NCBI GenBank assembly: GCA_907165135.1
Contig: OU015567.1
Location: 10,726,001-10,790,000, forward strand
Source: Oikopleura dioica
Lineage: Eukaryota; Animalia; Chordata
Direction of reading: 5' to 3'
DNA length: 64,000 bases
Shown here: positions 1 through 13,974 of the stretch, in pieces
How positions within the stretch are numbered: the first letter of the stretch is position 1
Layout of the letters: every line of letters starts with the position of its first letter
Made by a program: the position numbers and the translations under genes
Notes under the pieces: model-generated
What the model was told of the DNA's origin: nothing
What the model saw: only the letters and a program-made list of their open reading frames with translations
Databases searched by the model: none

Positions 1-107
1 AAGCCCAACTGCCATCAAAACCAATTGAATAAATAATATTTTATTGAAGGCCTTTGCAAGGCATATTTTTATCTTCTCTCCAGTATTATTTGGCCAATCC
101 AGAATCT

Positions 108-1507
108 TTAGTTTTCACTCTTTACCTGATGATTAAACTCTCTTTGAGCGATTTAAAATGAAATCAACGAAGAGATTCATTTTCTTTGACCGAAAAATAA
201 TTATTCTTACCTGGATGGAAATAATATCTTTGATGAGGCTCCCAGTTAGGCTCGATTTGCATCGTATTTGAATCGACATCGATAAGAATAATGACCTCTC
301 GCATTCCAAGATCTTGTGAGGTGACATTGAGGACACCATTGTTAATCTGTTTTATCTCGCAGGCAACATAATAATTTAGATCATTCATTTCCCAGTTGTT
401 TGATCGAATGACAAATCCATTTGATGATGTCGTTGAAATGTTAAGATGCCCGAGTTGACCGGACCATTGACCGACAATGTGTTCGTATGAGTTAGGAATT
501 GGCCATTGATTTGAAACGAAGTTAGATTTGAACATCATTAAACCATCAAAATCCGAAGAACTGCCATGAATTGTTCCAAGGGTATCACCATGGCTAAAAG
601 TAACAAGCTGCAGTCCATTTTCTGGATCGCTCCACATGACACGTTTTCTTCCTTTCGTATCGACAGCAGCAGCACCATAACGAGTGATTGATCCTCTGAT
701 TGTAAGTCGAACAGTATTGATGCCACTAGGATATTATCAAACAGAAATTTCGAATAAAATACTGTACATGAGTGAGATTTGAACTTTGTGGCCAGCAAGT
801 GTAGTGTATGATCCAGTTATTGAGCTGAAATCTGGCAGTGTGGTCGTGGTTGTAGTCGTGGTCGTGGTTGTGGTCGTGGTCGCTGTCGTTGTCGTTGTGG
901 TCGTTGTTGTTGTGGTCGTTGTCTTTGTTGTCGTTGTTCTCGTTGTGGTGGTAGTCGTAGTGGTGGTAGTTGTTGTAGTCGTAGTCCTTGTTGTTGTTGA
1001 GGTATCATGTGTGATTATTGTTGTAGTTGTAGTTATTGTAGGAGTTGTAGTTTTTCTTGTTGTTGATGTATCATGTGTGATTCTCACTGTAGTTGTAGTA
1101 AATGAAGTTGTTGTCAAATCGTCAGTAGTTGTAGTCTCTATTCTTTTCGCTATATTTACTGATAAGCCATTTTCTGTGAAGCTTGCAGATGTTCCCAAAC
1201 TGTTTCCAACGAAGCTCCAGCTTTTATTCGTTAATGAGTTCGTGCCAATAATAGTTATGCTGGTGGCGCCAAACGTAACAGATGCATCCTGGATAAGCCC
1301 AGTGAGTGACCCAGCAGTGAATACAAAAATATTCACACCGTCCCTTGCATCATTCTCGTTTATAGAAAGATGGCCGTTTCCGTTGTCAAAATCCCATATC
1401 CCATTAATGATGGCAAATTCAGAGATTGGGAAAAGTGTGGTAGTCTCTGGCTCGACGGTCGTTGTCTCTTGGGCTAAACATAACGAAATTAAAAGGATTA
1501 ATATCAT
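108..1507 (-). CDS. Secreted Thr-rich mucin-like protein (paralog A): signal peptide, beta-rich domain, poly-Thr stalk, further globular domains; multi-exon, 3' end approximate
   Basis: ORF 737-1507 starts MILILLISLCLAQE. A GT-AG intron near 727-767 joins it in frame to ORF 164-637. Confidence 0.7.
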
Positions 1508-1679
1508 TTTATATATAGTGACAATTGGACTAGTTCAATCATTCAAAGAACGCTTGACCTTTTCGTAGTGAATTAAAGAATTTCGGAACCCGAAAGTTGT
1601 CCAGGCCAGTTCAACCCGGATCATTAGTATGATTTGATTAATTTGCGAAATTTAAGATACATATGATATGTTCTCCCTT

Positions 1680-2411
1680 TCAGATTTTACCGAAAGTTGT
1701 TGTTCTTGCACTAGTAGTCGTTTTAGTTATAGTCGTTTTAGTCGTTGTCGTCGTTGTCGAAGTTGTAGTTGTTGTCGTAGTTGATGTTGTTGTCAAAGTT
1801 GTTGACGTAGTTCTAGTCGTTGTCGTAGTTGTAGTCGTAGTCGTAGTCGTAGTTGTTGTAGTAGTTGTAGTCGTTGTTGTAGTTGTAGTTGTTGTCGTTG
1901 TGGTAGTTGTTTTCGTTGTCGTCGTAGTCGTAGTTGTTGTAGTCGTTGTTGTAGTTGAAGTCGTAGGCGTAGTCGTAGTTGTTGTCGTAGTTGAAGTTGT
2001 TGTCGTAGTTGTTGTCGTAGTTGTAGTTGTTGTCGTAGTTGTTGTCGTAGTTGTTGTCGTAGTTGTAGTCGTTGTTGTTGTCGTAGTCGTAGTTGTTGTC
2101 GTAGTTGAAGTTGTTGTCGTAGTCGTCCTCGTAGTTGTAGTCGGTGTCGTAGTTGTTGTCGTAGTCGTAGTTGTTGTCATAGTTGAAGTTGTTGTCGTAG
2201 TCGTCGTAGTCGTGGTAGTTGTGCTCGTAGGAGTAGGTTTCTTAGTCGTTGTTTGAGTCCACATTGTATTCATAGTTGTTGTCGTGGTAAACGATGTCGT
2301 AGCAAATTCAGAGTCAGATAACGGAAATATTGTGGTTGTCTCTGGTTCTGTTGTTTCTCTCGGGTTTATCTCTCGAGTAAGACATACGGATAGAAGATAG
2401 AAAAGGATCAT
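1680..2411 (-). CDS. Secreted poly-Thr mucin-like protein (paralog B)
   Basis: Signal peptide and EPETTT(I/L)FP..SEFA motif shared with paralog A; long ACN-codon tract. Confidence 0.65.
   Translation of the reverse strand: MILFYLLSVCLTREINPRETTEPETTTIFPLSDSEFATTSFTTTTTMNTMWTQTTTKKPTPTSTTTTTTTTTTTTSTMTTTTTTTTTTTPTTTTRTTTTTTSTTTTTTTTTTTTTTTTTTTTTTTTTTTTTTTTTTTTTSTTTTTTTTPTTSTTTTTTTTTTTTTTKTTTTTTTTTTTTTTTTTTTTTTTTTTTTTTTTRTTSTTLTTTSTTTTTTTSTTTTTTKTTITKTTTSARTTTFGKI
1690..2290 (-). repeat. Coding ACN (Thr) triplet repeat
   Basis: (GTT/GTC/GTA/GTG)n on + strand, with variation at the Thr third codon position. Confidence 0.9.
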
Positions 2412-2591
2412 TTTTAGAAGTGAGTTTTACTCATTGATTGAATCATTGGTAGAATGCTTGACCTTTTCCTGCTGAATTATGATAAAATTCCTTGATTCGT
2501 GTTGATGCAAAATATATAATCTAAATTTTCTTGAATTTATTTTAAAGAAAATTACAGTAAGAACACAAAGCTAACTATTCTGTATTTCTTC

Positions 2592-2930
2592 TCAGCTACT
2601 CCAGTCGATGTTGGCCCACATATTCCCAAGCGCGGTCCATTCTGCTCCAATCATCGTCCATTCGTTGCCCCATTTTTCCCAACTAAATCCAGTGTAGTTG
2701 GCGTCAGCATCATTTTGAAGAAACTAAAACAATTAACGGCCTCGATATAAAACGAAACTAACCTCTTCTTGTCTTTGATTGAGATCATTTTGTTTTTGTA
2801 GGACATCTTGCATTCTTGATTCAATTTCTTTGACAGCTTCAGTTGCGTTCGGCTGCGCTGCAAGCTCCGCAACTTCGGTATAAGCGGGAAGAGCACTTGT
2901 GAATCCGGCTAAAAATGCGAAAATTTTCAT
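2592..2930 (-). CDS. Small secreted protein (99 aa) with coiled-coil segment and Trp-periodic C-terminus; exons 2930-2763 and 2723-2592
   Basis: Signal peptide MKIFAFLAGFTSA; 39-nt GT-AG phase-0 intron 2724-2762; TATA-like TATATAA about 50 nt upstream. Confidence 0.75.
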
Positions 2931-3180
2931 TATCTGCTTGAAATTTTTATTCCTGTAAATAGCGTTGCGAATTCAGCTTCTTATATAGTCCTCGCCTCGT
3001 GTTAAACGCGTGGTTTGAGTGGCACTTTCTGGTAAATTGCATAGCCGCGGCGTAAGCTGCACACTTATCCCTCGCCTCTCTTCGACATAATGACTACTAT
3101 TTTTATGTACGTTTCTTTTTTTTATTGACAGAAAGGTAAAATTAAATTGACAAAAAATTTTTAAACATAAATTCAGTGAA

Positions 3181-6100
3181 CTACTCGTTGTCGTCTTCGT
3201 TTTCCATAGGAGAGTAACCAATTTTCGAATCAAATGCCTGGTAAAAATTTTTTGAAAATGATAATTTTTCTAATTCATTACCGTGTAAGTTGATTTATTT
3301 ACATCTTTGTCTTTTTTCTTTGGATCTGGAAGACTGATAATCGGGCTAGCATATGTTCCGTCGTCACCATCATTGTCATCAGCAATGAGTGCTTCGTTAT
3401 CTTCCTCAGCACTGATGCAGGAGACATTGGGAAGACGAGCACTGTCGATTAATCCTTTTGAATACGCAAAGTATACGGCGCTTGAAATCAAAACCAATGC
3501 GATGAAAATTGTTACTGCGGATATTCCGGCTACTGGAGGCGAGTATACTCCGGCCAGGCGATAGCTTTCGATCTTTTGGTCGTAGAAGATTTTTGCCGAT
3601 TTTTGATCTAAAAAATATTTCTTTAGAATATGCTGTAACAGCTAAAGTACCTGTTGCATCGCAATCGAAACATTTATAAATCAGTGTCAAGTCAGTTCCG
3701 GGAACAGTCGAGCATAAGCCGTGGATATTAGTGCTGCTGCATTGCTCAAAACGCCACTTTCCATTGTCATTGTATCCCGAGCTATTTGAAGGTGTAGTTA
3801 TAAAGGTTGCACAACGTTTGGCATTTCTTGACGATGTTGATAAAGTTTGTCCGGGAAGGAAGTTAGTAAAAGCTCTTTGTCCCTCCACACGAGTTTGATC
3901 ATCCCAACGCCATTCTCGAGAAAACTCATCGTACGTCATACCCAGCCAGTAATCGTATCCCTGATGTCCTCTTGCCATCAGAACAGTTTTCAGAATCATG
4001 TTTTCTGCAGCAGTTTTTGGCTAAAACCAATGAGTCATTGGCAATGACTTTTGTGAACATAAAAGATTTACTTACCATTGCCAATGTCATATTCAACGTT
4101 TTGCAGCTCGATTGCGAGCTTGCTTTAGTTGCTGTATTGCTGAGAACATACAGCGCTCGTTGATCTGGACCAGCTGGAGTCTCGATTAGACTTTTTGTTG
4201 CAATTGTCTTTCTGTCGACCTTTCCGCATGTGATTTCGTAGTAGTTGGAGCATTTATTGATGACTTTAAAATTTTCATTCTTTGCAAAGTGATAGCAGTC
4301 GAAGATTCCTCCTTCTGGACAATTACTGATGAGAACACCACCTGTGTTGTTTTCTATTGATCAGTTGTAATTAATGAAAATATGCATAATCTTACTTGGC
4401 GCATCGATGAGTCGAACATTTCCAGTAAAGAATGTTTCAGTGTGACAAGCACCTCTAACTAATTCAAGAGCGTAATCGATTCCACAAATCGGTAGACTTG
4501 TTGTGGTGTTCCATTGAAGAAAAGCAGTCTTAGTTTTATTTTATAATTGATAAGTGAAAACATTAATACCTTGTTCTTGTAATCATTTCTGATTTGTTTT
4601 TCCCCGAGTAAGACATCTCCGGGCACAGGAATCCGGTTTCCACATTTGACGACTAAATTTTCTGTTCTACCGCAGTTGTGTGATCCCCATGGCAAATGCG
4701 TGCAGTCTTCGATTCTAGTTCTATTGTCGCAGTCCATATCATCTAGCCAGATGCCTTTGTGAGGTGTGTCCAGGTTCGGCTGCTCTTGAGAAGACGATCC
4801 CATGTCCGGAGCCATGCAGTCCTGCCAGCCGAGCTTATTGCACACGAGTTCGCAGACTCGGGTTTTGTTCACTGAATCGTTGCAAATAGTTCCCCATTGT
4901 CCGTTGTGCATCACTTGAACGAGGCCATGTTCAGCGCGATTCTTGCCATTCCAAGTGAGCTTCACATCCCATTCGTTGACACAATCCACATGATGGCAGG
5001 CTGCCGTCTTTCGATCTGCTTGATAACCACAAGAGCCGGAATATGCCCAGCGATTGAGACAATTTCGATATTGATATCTCTTCCCCATTTCGTTCTCGCA
5101 CTCCGGTTTACATTCAGACCAACTAGACCATTGTGACCATTTTGGATCAACAGTGTTTTCTTTTGCGAATGCTTCAATTTCGTAAAGGCAGAGCTCATGA
5201 GATGAGGTTATGTTTACACTGTAAACTTCTTCACTTATTCCGTCGCAAGCAACATCATAGTAGCTAGAGTTCTGTCCTTCTAAATCGGCGAGTTTGATAT
5301 TCTTACAAAGTTTCGATTCGCTCAAGAAATTTTCACTAGATTCGTCTTTCACAAAAACGTTCACGCTGACATCATCTCGAGGAGGAGCCGAAAACCATAG
5401 ACGGAAACCCTTTTTTGGATCGAGCGTGTAAGAGCTGTTGAAATTTAGGTTTGCCCAAACACACTGGTCCTCACATGAGCGAGCATCTGAGCTGCCACTA
5501 GTGTCATTCGAAACGATGTGGACAACATCTTCACCTGAGCAAGTGCCGCTGCTAGTCCAATTGAAGTGGTTGCCGCGATTACCGTCATACAGTCTGTATT
5601 CGCTATGAGTTTTTCTTACTCTTGAAGCCTTTGCAATGGTCCAACCGTTTTTCGTGATCGATTGGATAGGACTCCAATCAGCAGCTTGTTTCTCTCCGCA
5701 CTCTATGTAAAGGTCCTCTTCGTGATCGCAGTTGTTTCCTCTTCCACCGACTCTTTGGCCTTTATAACATTCGTCCAGTCTTGATTCATCTCCGTTGCAA
5801 ATAACATCATCCATCCAGATCTTCCCTCTCAGTTTTCCTGATCCTGGTTCGGGATTAACATTCGATTTCCAACCAGAGAAACCGAGCTGTCGACAAATGA
5901 CGCGTCCGACGTTTGGCGTAAATTTGTCATCGCAGACTGTTCCCCATTCGCCGCCAGTGGTTGTATTTTCATGCTTATAGAAAACTCGGACAATGCCTTT
6001 GTTGAGATTCGGGTCTGTTTCTACTTTTCCATCCGGTTTGATAGTCACAAGTTGAATTGCACCGATTTCCGGACACGGTTTTGTATTACATTGCTCTTTT

Positions 6101-9100
6101 TGAATCGTCGAATTAGTTTTTTGGTAATTTGCGAGCAGAGCTTGACAACCTCGAGAACAAGAGGAATCGGTGCACTCGTAGCATTTAAACTCTCGTTTTC
6201 TAGTGCCGCCGTTACAGTCGCTATCACATTCAGACCATCGTTGCCATCCATCAACTCTTGGCTCGCATTCAATAACGACATCTTCTTGGTGTCCACAATT
6301 ATGCTGCTCAATCCAGTTACAGTTCTCCCAAACAGTTGCGTTCTCGGGGCAATTTATGTTGTCAACTAGGATCTCCATGTCGTGGAGAGCATGATCGCTC
6401 CCGTTGTAATGAAATGAGCCGACATCCCTGAGAGATGACTTTGAAAAGGTGTACCAGTTTTTCAGCGGTCCTAGTCCCAGTTTGTCGCATGCGAGCTTCG
6501 CTGGCCTTTCATTAAACTCGTCGTCACACACTGTCCCGAAAGTTCCATTTTTGTAGATAACGAGTACTCCCAAATTTGGATTAGCAGGGTTTTTGGTAGG
6601 AGTCGCGAGGGCGAGCGTTCCTTCTTTTGGGCAATTATTTCGATTGCATTCCATACAAGGTTTATCGCATTTTTCCTCATTGGCGGCACATGAGCTTGAG
6701 CAGGAGGTTGTAAGAGTTCTACTGTTGTCTACTATCTTATGCCGTTTTCGGAATGAATCGGTTCCGTTGCAAATGACTTGATTTTCAAGAGAGTCGAGGC
6801 AAGGTCCCCACTCAGTCCAGTGCCCAGCTGTTTTGACCCAGTTCACGTATAATCCCAAGAGCATGTTGCTTGAAGCAGCTGCTGAGAAAAATCCAAGTTG
6901 CCATTGTTCTGGATCTGGGCTTTGAGTATATAGAATTCGTACTTTTGGTTCAGCGCGTCCAATGCGAGTAAGTTGTGTTATAAAATGAGGGGTGCTTGTA
7001 TTTTCGTCATCTACCGTCGGTTCCACTCGTGTTTTACCCGAAAGACTCGAAATTTCGAAGTTTATAGATTCAGCAATGGAGAAGCGATCTTGGATTAGCA
7101 AGCTCTTCGTTCTTAGGCCAGTAATATAATCATGCGGACCGAGCGTCACGTTCTTACTCGAGAAAATATCTTCATCGTTGCCATTGAAAAATGGGTTTTC
7201 CCGACGAGAATATGAAGCTCTGTGCAGAAAGACGTTTTTGCAAACGAGGCGAGCTCTTGGCTGGGTTATTATTTTGAAAAAACTTATAAAATCCATTAAA
7301 TTTTCGAATATCTGAATTGTTGACCCGGTCCTTGTTGAATCTGAAGGTATCGATATCGGTGAATTTGCCCCCGATCGTGTGATGGTCACTTGCATGACAA
7401 AGTCGGTACCTAATACAAAACGTAATAAACGACGGTAATTAAACTATATTTACCGCAGTAGTGGATGGTGATTTTGGTTATTTTCCCCAAGCCTTCTTGT
7501 TCAGAATCAGAGAATGTCCTTTTGCTAAATGAGTAAAGTCAGAAAGGAGGGCAAATATTCCAGTGAGCCCATAAAAACGTCGTGATGTAGACAAAAACCA
7601 TCGCCAACATCAAGTAAAGAATTGCTGACTCTACGTAAGCGACGAATGAATTACTTTCTTTCTTTGATTTATAAAATTATTCAAGTAAAAAATTGCTTAG
7701 ACACTAATTTTTCTCTTAATAAACGTTTCCTGAAAGCCCGGCTGGAAACATGAAATTGTTTTAAAGCCTTTGGATCTCTTCTACGCAAATCATACCTGGA
7801 GAAAATAGTGTTATCCTTGAGAGCGCTGATTACCCCAATTTCCGACTTATCTTCGAGATTTGCCCCAGTTTCTTCGGCTTTGCAACTGCGAAAATCCAAT
7901 TCGCAGTCTGGTCGATCTTTGCCCACGCTGAATATTCAGTAATCATTTGCAAAACATCATTTTCTACTTACAGCTTCGAAAAAGGTTCCGAACTATTACA
8001 TTTTCGGCAATTTTTAGAGTCAATAGAAGGACTTCCATAGACACAGGATCGTTTGCGAATTTTTACTCCAGCTGCCGAGTTAGCTACCGAACAGTCACCC
8101 CAAGATTCCCATTCTGCCCACATCCGCTCTTTGCACTCATCTCCATATCTGTCATTCGGCTTGAACAATAATCGTTGATTTTATTCGAATTATAAGATTC
8201 TCAGTTAATATATGAGTTAAACCGTTCCTATAATAATCCCTTTCGTCGCATTTCCAAACGCCAGACTCATCGCAAATCATATTTGAATGGTTTCCAGTAG
8301 TGTTACATGGAAATTCAGTATCGCTGGTATTTTTGAGGCACTCTTTTCCACTTTCGTACTGAATCTTGAAGCCATACATCGATCTTGACCTATCGGAATG
8401 CAGCGCAATTTCGACCTTGGTGGTATTCAAGTACACCGGCTCCATCCACCCGAAGTCACGTGGATCGTTTTCGCCGTAATCCTACCGAAAACGTAAGGGA
8501 TATAAATTATTTGCGTAAAACCGGGTAATAAAGTTTACGCACGCCATGCGCGCATGCTATTTGGGGGCGACGCCCGGGCCATTTGTTTTCGACCGTGGTC
8601 CGTGTGACCTTTTACTAGGGTTAAGAATTTTCAATGAAGAAATACCTTAAAATCTGACATTCGCGAAGCGGTTGTTCCCTGGCCCCAGACATAATCTTCT
8701 AGCTGACTGACGACGCCACAGAAGACAGGAGAACAGGTTGAGTTTTGACCGTCTTTCTCCTTCCAGCTAAGTCTAATCGAATCCCATTCGCAGTGATGTC
8801 TCGAGTCTCCAGAGATGTAGTTGTCCTTTGGATCTTCGTCTTCGATATCGAATTTGACAATTGTTAACTTCATTGGCGCGCAATGAACTTCTATTGTATG
8901 AGTGCAGTTAAGATTGTGTCTAAAATTTAACCCTCTCAATTTTATCAAAGCGTAGCTAGGCCTACCCGTAAGGATGTGCGGACTGGGCGATTCCTGCTCG
9001 TTTGACATCACCATTCGTTTTTAGAGGAGTGTTCGTAGCGATCCCATCAGAACACTTATCGTTTGGTAGAAAGAAACTCTGGTCGCACTCGCCACACTCT

Positions 9101-9183
9101 GGACATCTCGACAAATCTTCCTCCTCTCCAAAACTCTCTTTTATGAAAACTATCAAAAATAATGGAATATATTTCAATCTCAT
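3181..9183 (-). CDS. Large type-I membrane mosaic receptor: signal, CUB, TSP1, jacalin-like (tentative), TSP1/SRCR x3 with a discoidin-like domain, C-type lectin, TM, cytoplasmic tail
   Basis: SRCR motifs (GTVCDD..F...A..C..LG; IWMDDVIC.G.E..L..C); TSP1 WSxWS motifs; CTLD (YWLG..W.W.D..NF.PG..C..GKW..C); CUB halves in ORFs 8631-9014 and 8152-8445; TM VAGISAVTIFIALVLISSAVYFAY. Confidence 0.8.
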
Positions 9184-9439
9184 TTTCTTTTTAATTTCTA
9201 AAGTGAGAATAAAATCGGAGATGCGAAGCAAAGAGGTTTGAGAAATGTTTTTGAAAGGAAGTAGAATCTGTGCTTCGTTTTGAATCGGAAATCGGCGACC
9301 CTTCGAGAAGTTGACTGAAGCTTGATTTGCGATTTAGGCAACCTCTGCGGGGCATGACCTGCACTTATCATAATAGACGTCAAAGGAAGCTTTTTAATAA
9401 ATAAATAAATTTTTTCTGTACAGGAAGATTCTTTTTTGA

Positions 9440-10330
9440 TTATTTTGTTGAGATGGGACAATCTTCTTTTGTAGCGTAGCAGAAGGCTTTCGGTCCTTTC
9501 ACGGGTTTATGTCTTGGGCAGCCGCATCGAGTATTTTGCGGTCGACAAGCCTGAAGTTTACAGTAATAAGGCACATCCTTACCGCAAGTCTCCATGCATT
9601 CTCGGCTTTTCAGGCAAACACCGCGTTCCATTTCCCCTCTACAACTTGCTAATGAAGCTACACGCTTTTCATGAGTTGCCAATTAGTAAAATCTTTATGA
9701 AAAGCGAAAATAGGTGTAACTCAAGTCTGAGATCTTTGAGAGGCTTCTTTTTGACCTTTAACAGATTCTTGGAAACCATAGTCGGGAAAATAAGACTCCT
9801 TTGTTGGACATTCCGCAGTGCAATCCGTTCCATTCCATACCAGGCCGCTATCACAGGTACATCCGATCTTGTCAGGGCACGTAGCGAGGCAAAGTCTATT
9901 TGCAGAAGATTTCATAATCGGGCGGAAACAGATCAAGGTCGACTGTTGGAACAGTTTGACCTCAGGCCGAGGTCCTGAGCGAGTTCATGTAATTCTGAGA
10001 AAGCATTTTTGAGTTCTCTGAAATCACTCTACGAATTTCTCAATAAAAAAATAAAATGAAACCCTCTCTTGATCCCAACAGGTCGGCCCACAGTTGAAAT
10101 CACATGCAGAATTCACTTCAAGAGTTCAAAAATAACCGTATCTTATTTGTAATTATTGTCAAATATTGACCCTCTTTCTTTTTGCCTTTAGATTTTGTCT
10201 TAGATTTTTGAACTTTGGTCCTATTCGTCGTCCTCCAGTACATATTTCTTCTTCTTCGAAAAGGTCTAACAGTTGTCTTTGGCATGCTCTTACTGATACC
10301 CCAAGAATTATCTTCAATATCTTCATCTAA
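9440..10330 (-). CDS. Cys-rich protein with TIL-like (trypsin-inhibitor-like) modules; exon structure and start unresolved
   Basis: CLATCPDKIGCTCDSGLVWNGTDC, CMETC..C..C..RCGCP..FC and SACDFNCGPTC segments in successive exons. Confidence 0.45.
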
Positions 10331-11552
10331 TAAACGAAAAACGTGAATATATCAACGCAAAGTTATGAAATGAAGTTTTTGAAGACTCCATTCCAGCTTT
10401 TATAAGTGTGCGCTTGAGTGTTATTCCACTTGGGTTCAACCTTACGCCAATAAATCAAGCTGATTTCTTGTGAGTTGAGTAATTTTCAAGAAAACTAATG
10501 CAGTCACAAGCACTCACACTAGAATTCCTTGTAATTCCATGAAGAAATCTATCCGTAGTCGGTATTCGAAGATGCTCCCCTTAGGGCAAATGTAAATTCT
10601 GATTGGTCAGGTAATAGTTCTTCAGATTCTGCAGTTCAGAATCAATAGAGAAAAACACGTCAACCTTCTCCCAAGAACTTATATTTCTGAGAATCCGATA
10701 GGAGTTCTCCTCGTTGACTCCCACCACCTCCTGACTTGGATAAGAGATTCCCCGTGACTTCTTGTCTTGTGAGCATTGATAAGACTCCTCTTTTCCTCCG
10801 TTATTCTCATAAACCTTCATTCATGATAATCACGTGATACAATTTTACCCGATCACGTGCGCATAACAGCAAGGGGCTTGCTGCAATTTGCATCCCGCAA
10901 GGCTGTAGAAGTCAGCATGGAAGTGCTGACACCGTAATGATTTTCAAATTTCATTTGTATCAACTTGATCGGAAGATTGGGAGGGCAAATATTAGCCACA
11001 CCCAAGACAACACACATTCTGGTTACAAATGGAGACAACTCGAAAATAAAACGGTGTCTAAGAAGTATTTAATAGGCTTGGTGTCATTATATCCATCTTA
11101 GTTTGACCATCATCTTTCTAATGTAATGATTCCTTATTCAGAATAAGTTATTCTCAAACTGCAAGCATCCTCCTAAACATACGAAGAACGAAGGAGAACG
11201 AAGAACGAGAAGATAAAGAACACGATGTTGAAGAAGCATGCTAACATATTTAACAAGACTTTCCTTAAACTTCTTTCTAATGTTTAACTCTAATAAGCTT
11301 TGTTTATAGATTCAGTTCGACTACTTATTTTCATCTTGGAGAATGATGCTGATAGTGAGAGCGCCCTTGTCGTTGCGTAAGCTAACTTGCTTGGCACGCG
11401 TGAACAGTCCCCTCTACTGCCGATCACATGCCTCTTCCTTCGGAGGTAGGTATATATTCCAGCGATTTTGCCTTCTATCCTCAGAATACAAAACACAAAG
11501 AAAACCTTGAAATTGAAAAAATTAAGGTACACGAGAGAAAACACGACGAAAC

Positions 11553-12989
<1,437 letters not shown>

Positions 12990-13184
12990 TTATGTTTTCT
13001 GCGTCAAAATTACGTCTACTGTTGCCCATAAAAACGACTCTTCTGCTGGCCAAAGCCTGATGAACACGGCCTAAACATGCGTTCAATTCATGAGGTTCAT
13101 TTACTTCTTTTTACTACCATAATAAAAACGATGAAAAGACAATTATTTGTGGAAAATATGTCTGAATTTATCAATTAGAATTTA

Positions 13185-13765
13185 GATGAAATTAAAAAAG
13201 TCGACTTGAGGCAAATTTTTTCAAAAAAATTTTATTGGCTAATATGAAAGAGGAGGAAATTCTGAGTCGAATGGTCTACTTCCGGCTCTATAATTCTATC
13301 AAGTGACGTCATTATGACTCATTTCCCCAAAACTTTTGGGGAGCTTTTGAAGGGTTTCCGATGGAGTTTTTTGGCGTTCTTGGGCTTAAAAGAATCGCCG
13401 TCGAAAATTGAGGGGGGGTTGTCTTGGATTTTTAGAAATTCCAAGCGAAACACCTTGAAACCGACCGGTCGAATTATGGTCAAAATTTTTCTTGAGTTTT
13501 TCAAAACCCTTAAAAACCCCCTCAGTTTTCGACGGCGATTCTTTTGAGCTATAGAAAGTCAAATAAATCCAACAGAAACCCCTTAAAAGATCCCCAAAAG
13601 TTTACCAAAATTGCCCTAATCTGGACTTTATTACGCAATTTTTGACGTCGTAAAGTCAAAATTTACGGGTCAAATCTAGCCTATTCGACTCAGAATTTTC
13701 TGCTCTTTCTTCTGAGAACGAAAAATTTTTTGAAAATTTGCCTCAAGTCGACTTTTAATTTCATC
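13185..13765. mobile_element. 581-bp palindromic MITE with TTA target-site duplication (PIF/Harbinger/Tourist-like)
   Basis: Terminal inverted repeats GATGAAATTAAAA..GTCGACTTGAGGCAAATTTT; further internal inverted pairs (13384-13417 vs 13516-13549); TTA on both flanks. Confidence 0.7.
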
Positions 13766-13974
13766 TTAGTGATGTATTCACTGTTTCGTAAAAACGGACA
13801 TTGCAATATAAGAATATAGAAACGCTGGAATAAGGACGGCAGGAGTTTATTGCATTCATACCTACTCAGTTGGAGGGAAAAGTAAATTGGCAAAAAACTA
13901 GAATCCTTGCGACTCAACTTATTCTGGTAATTCGTCTAGGGTTGGATGTTACAAGCGGCACAATGGAAGAGTAT

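Noticed and set aside
786-2256. Long poly-Val ORFs on + strand (786-1568, 1663-2256)
   Set aside because: Antisense shadows of the Thr-codon repeats; the signal peptides and splice sites are on the minus strand.
10450-11260. Possible minus-strand gene (ORFs 10581-10820, 10853-11038)
   Set aside because: No consistent spliced frame or recognisable domain could be built.
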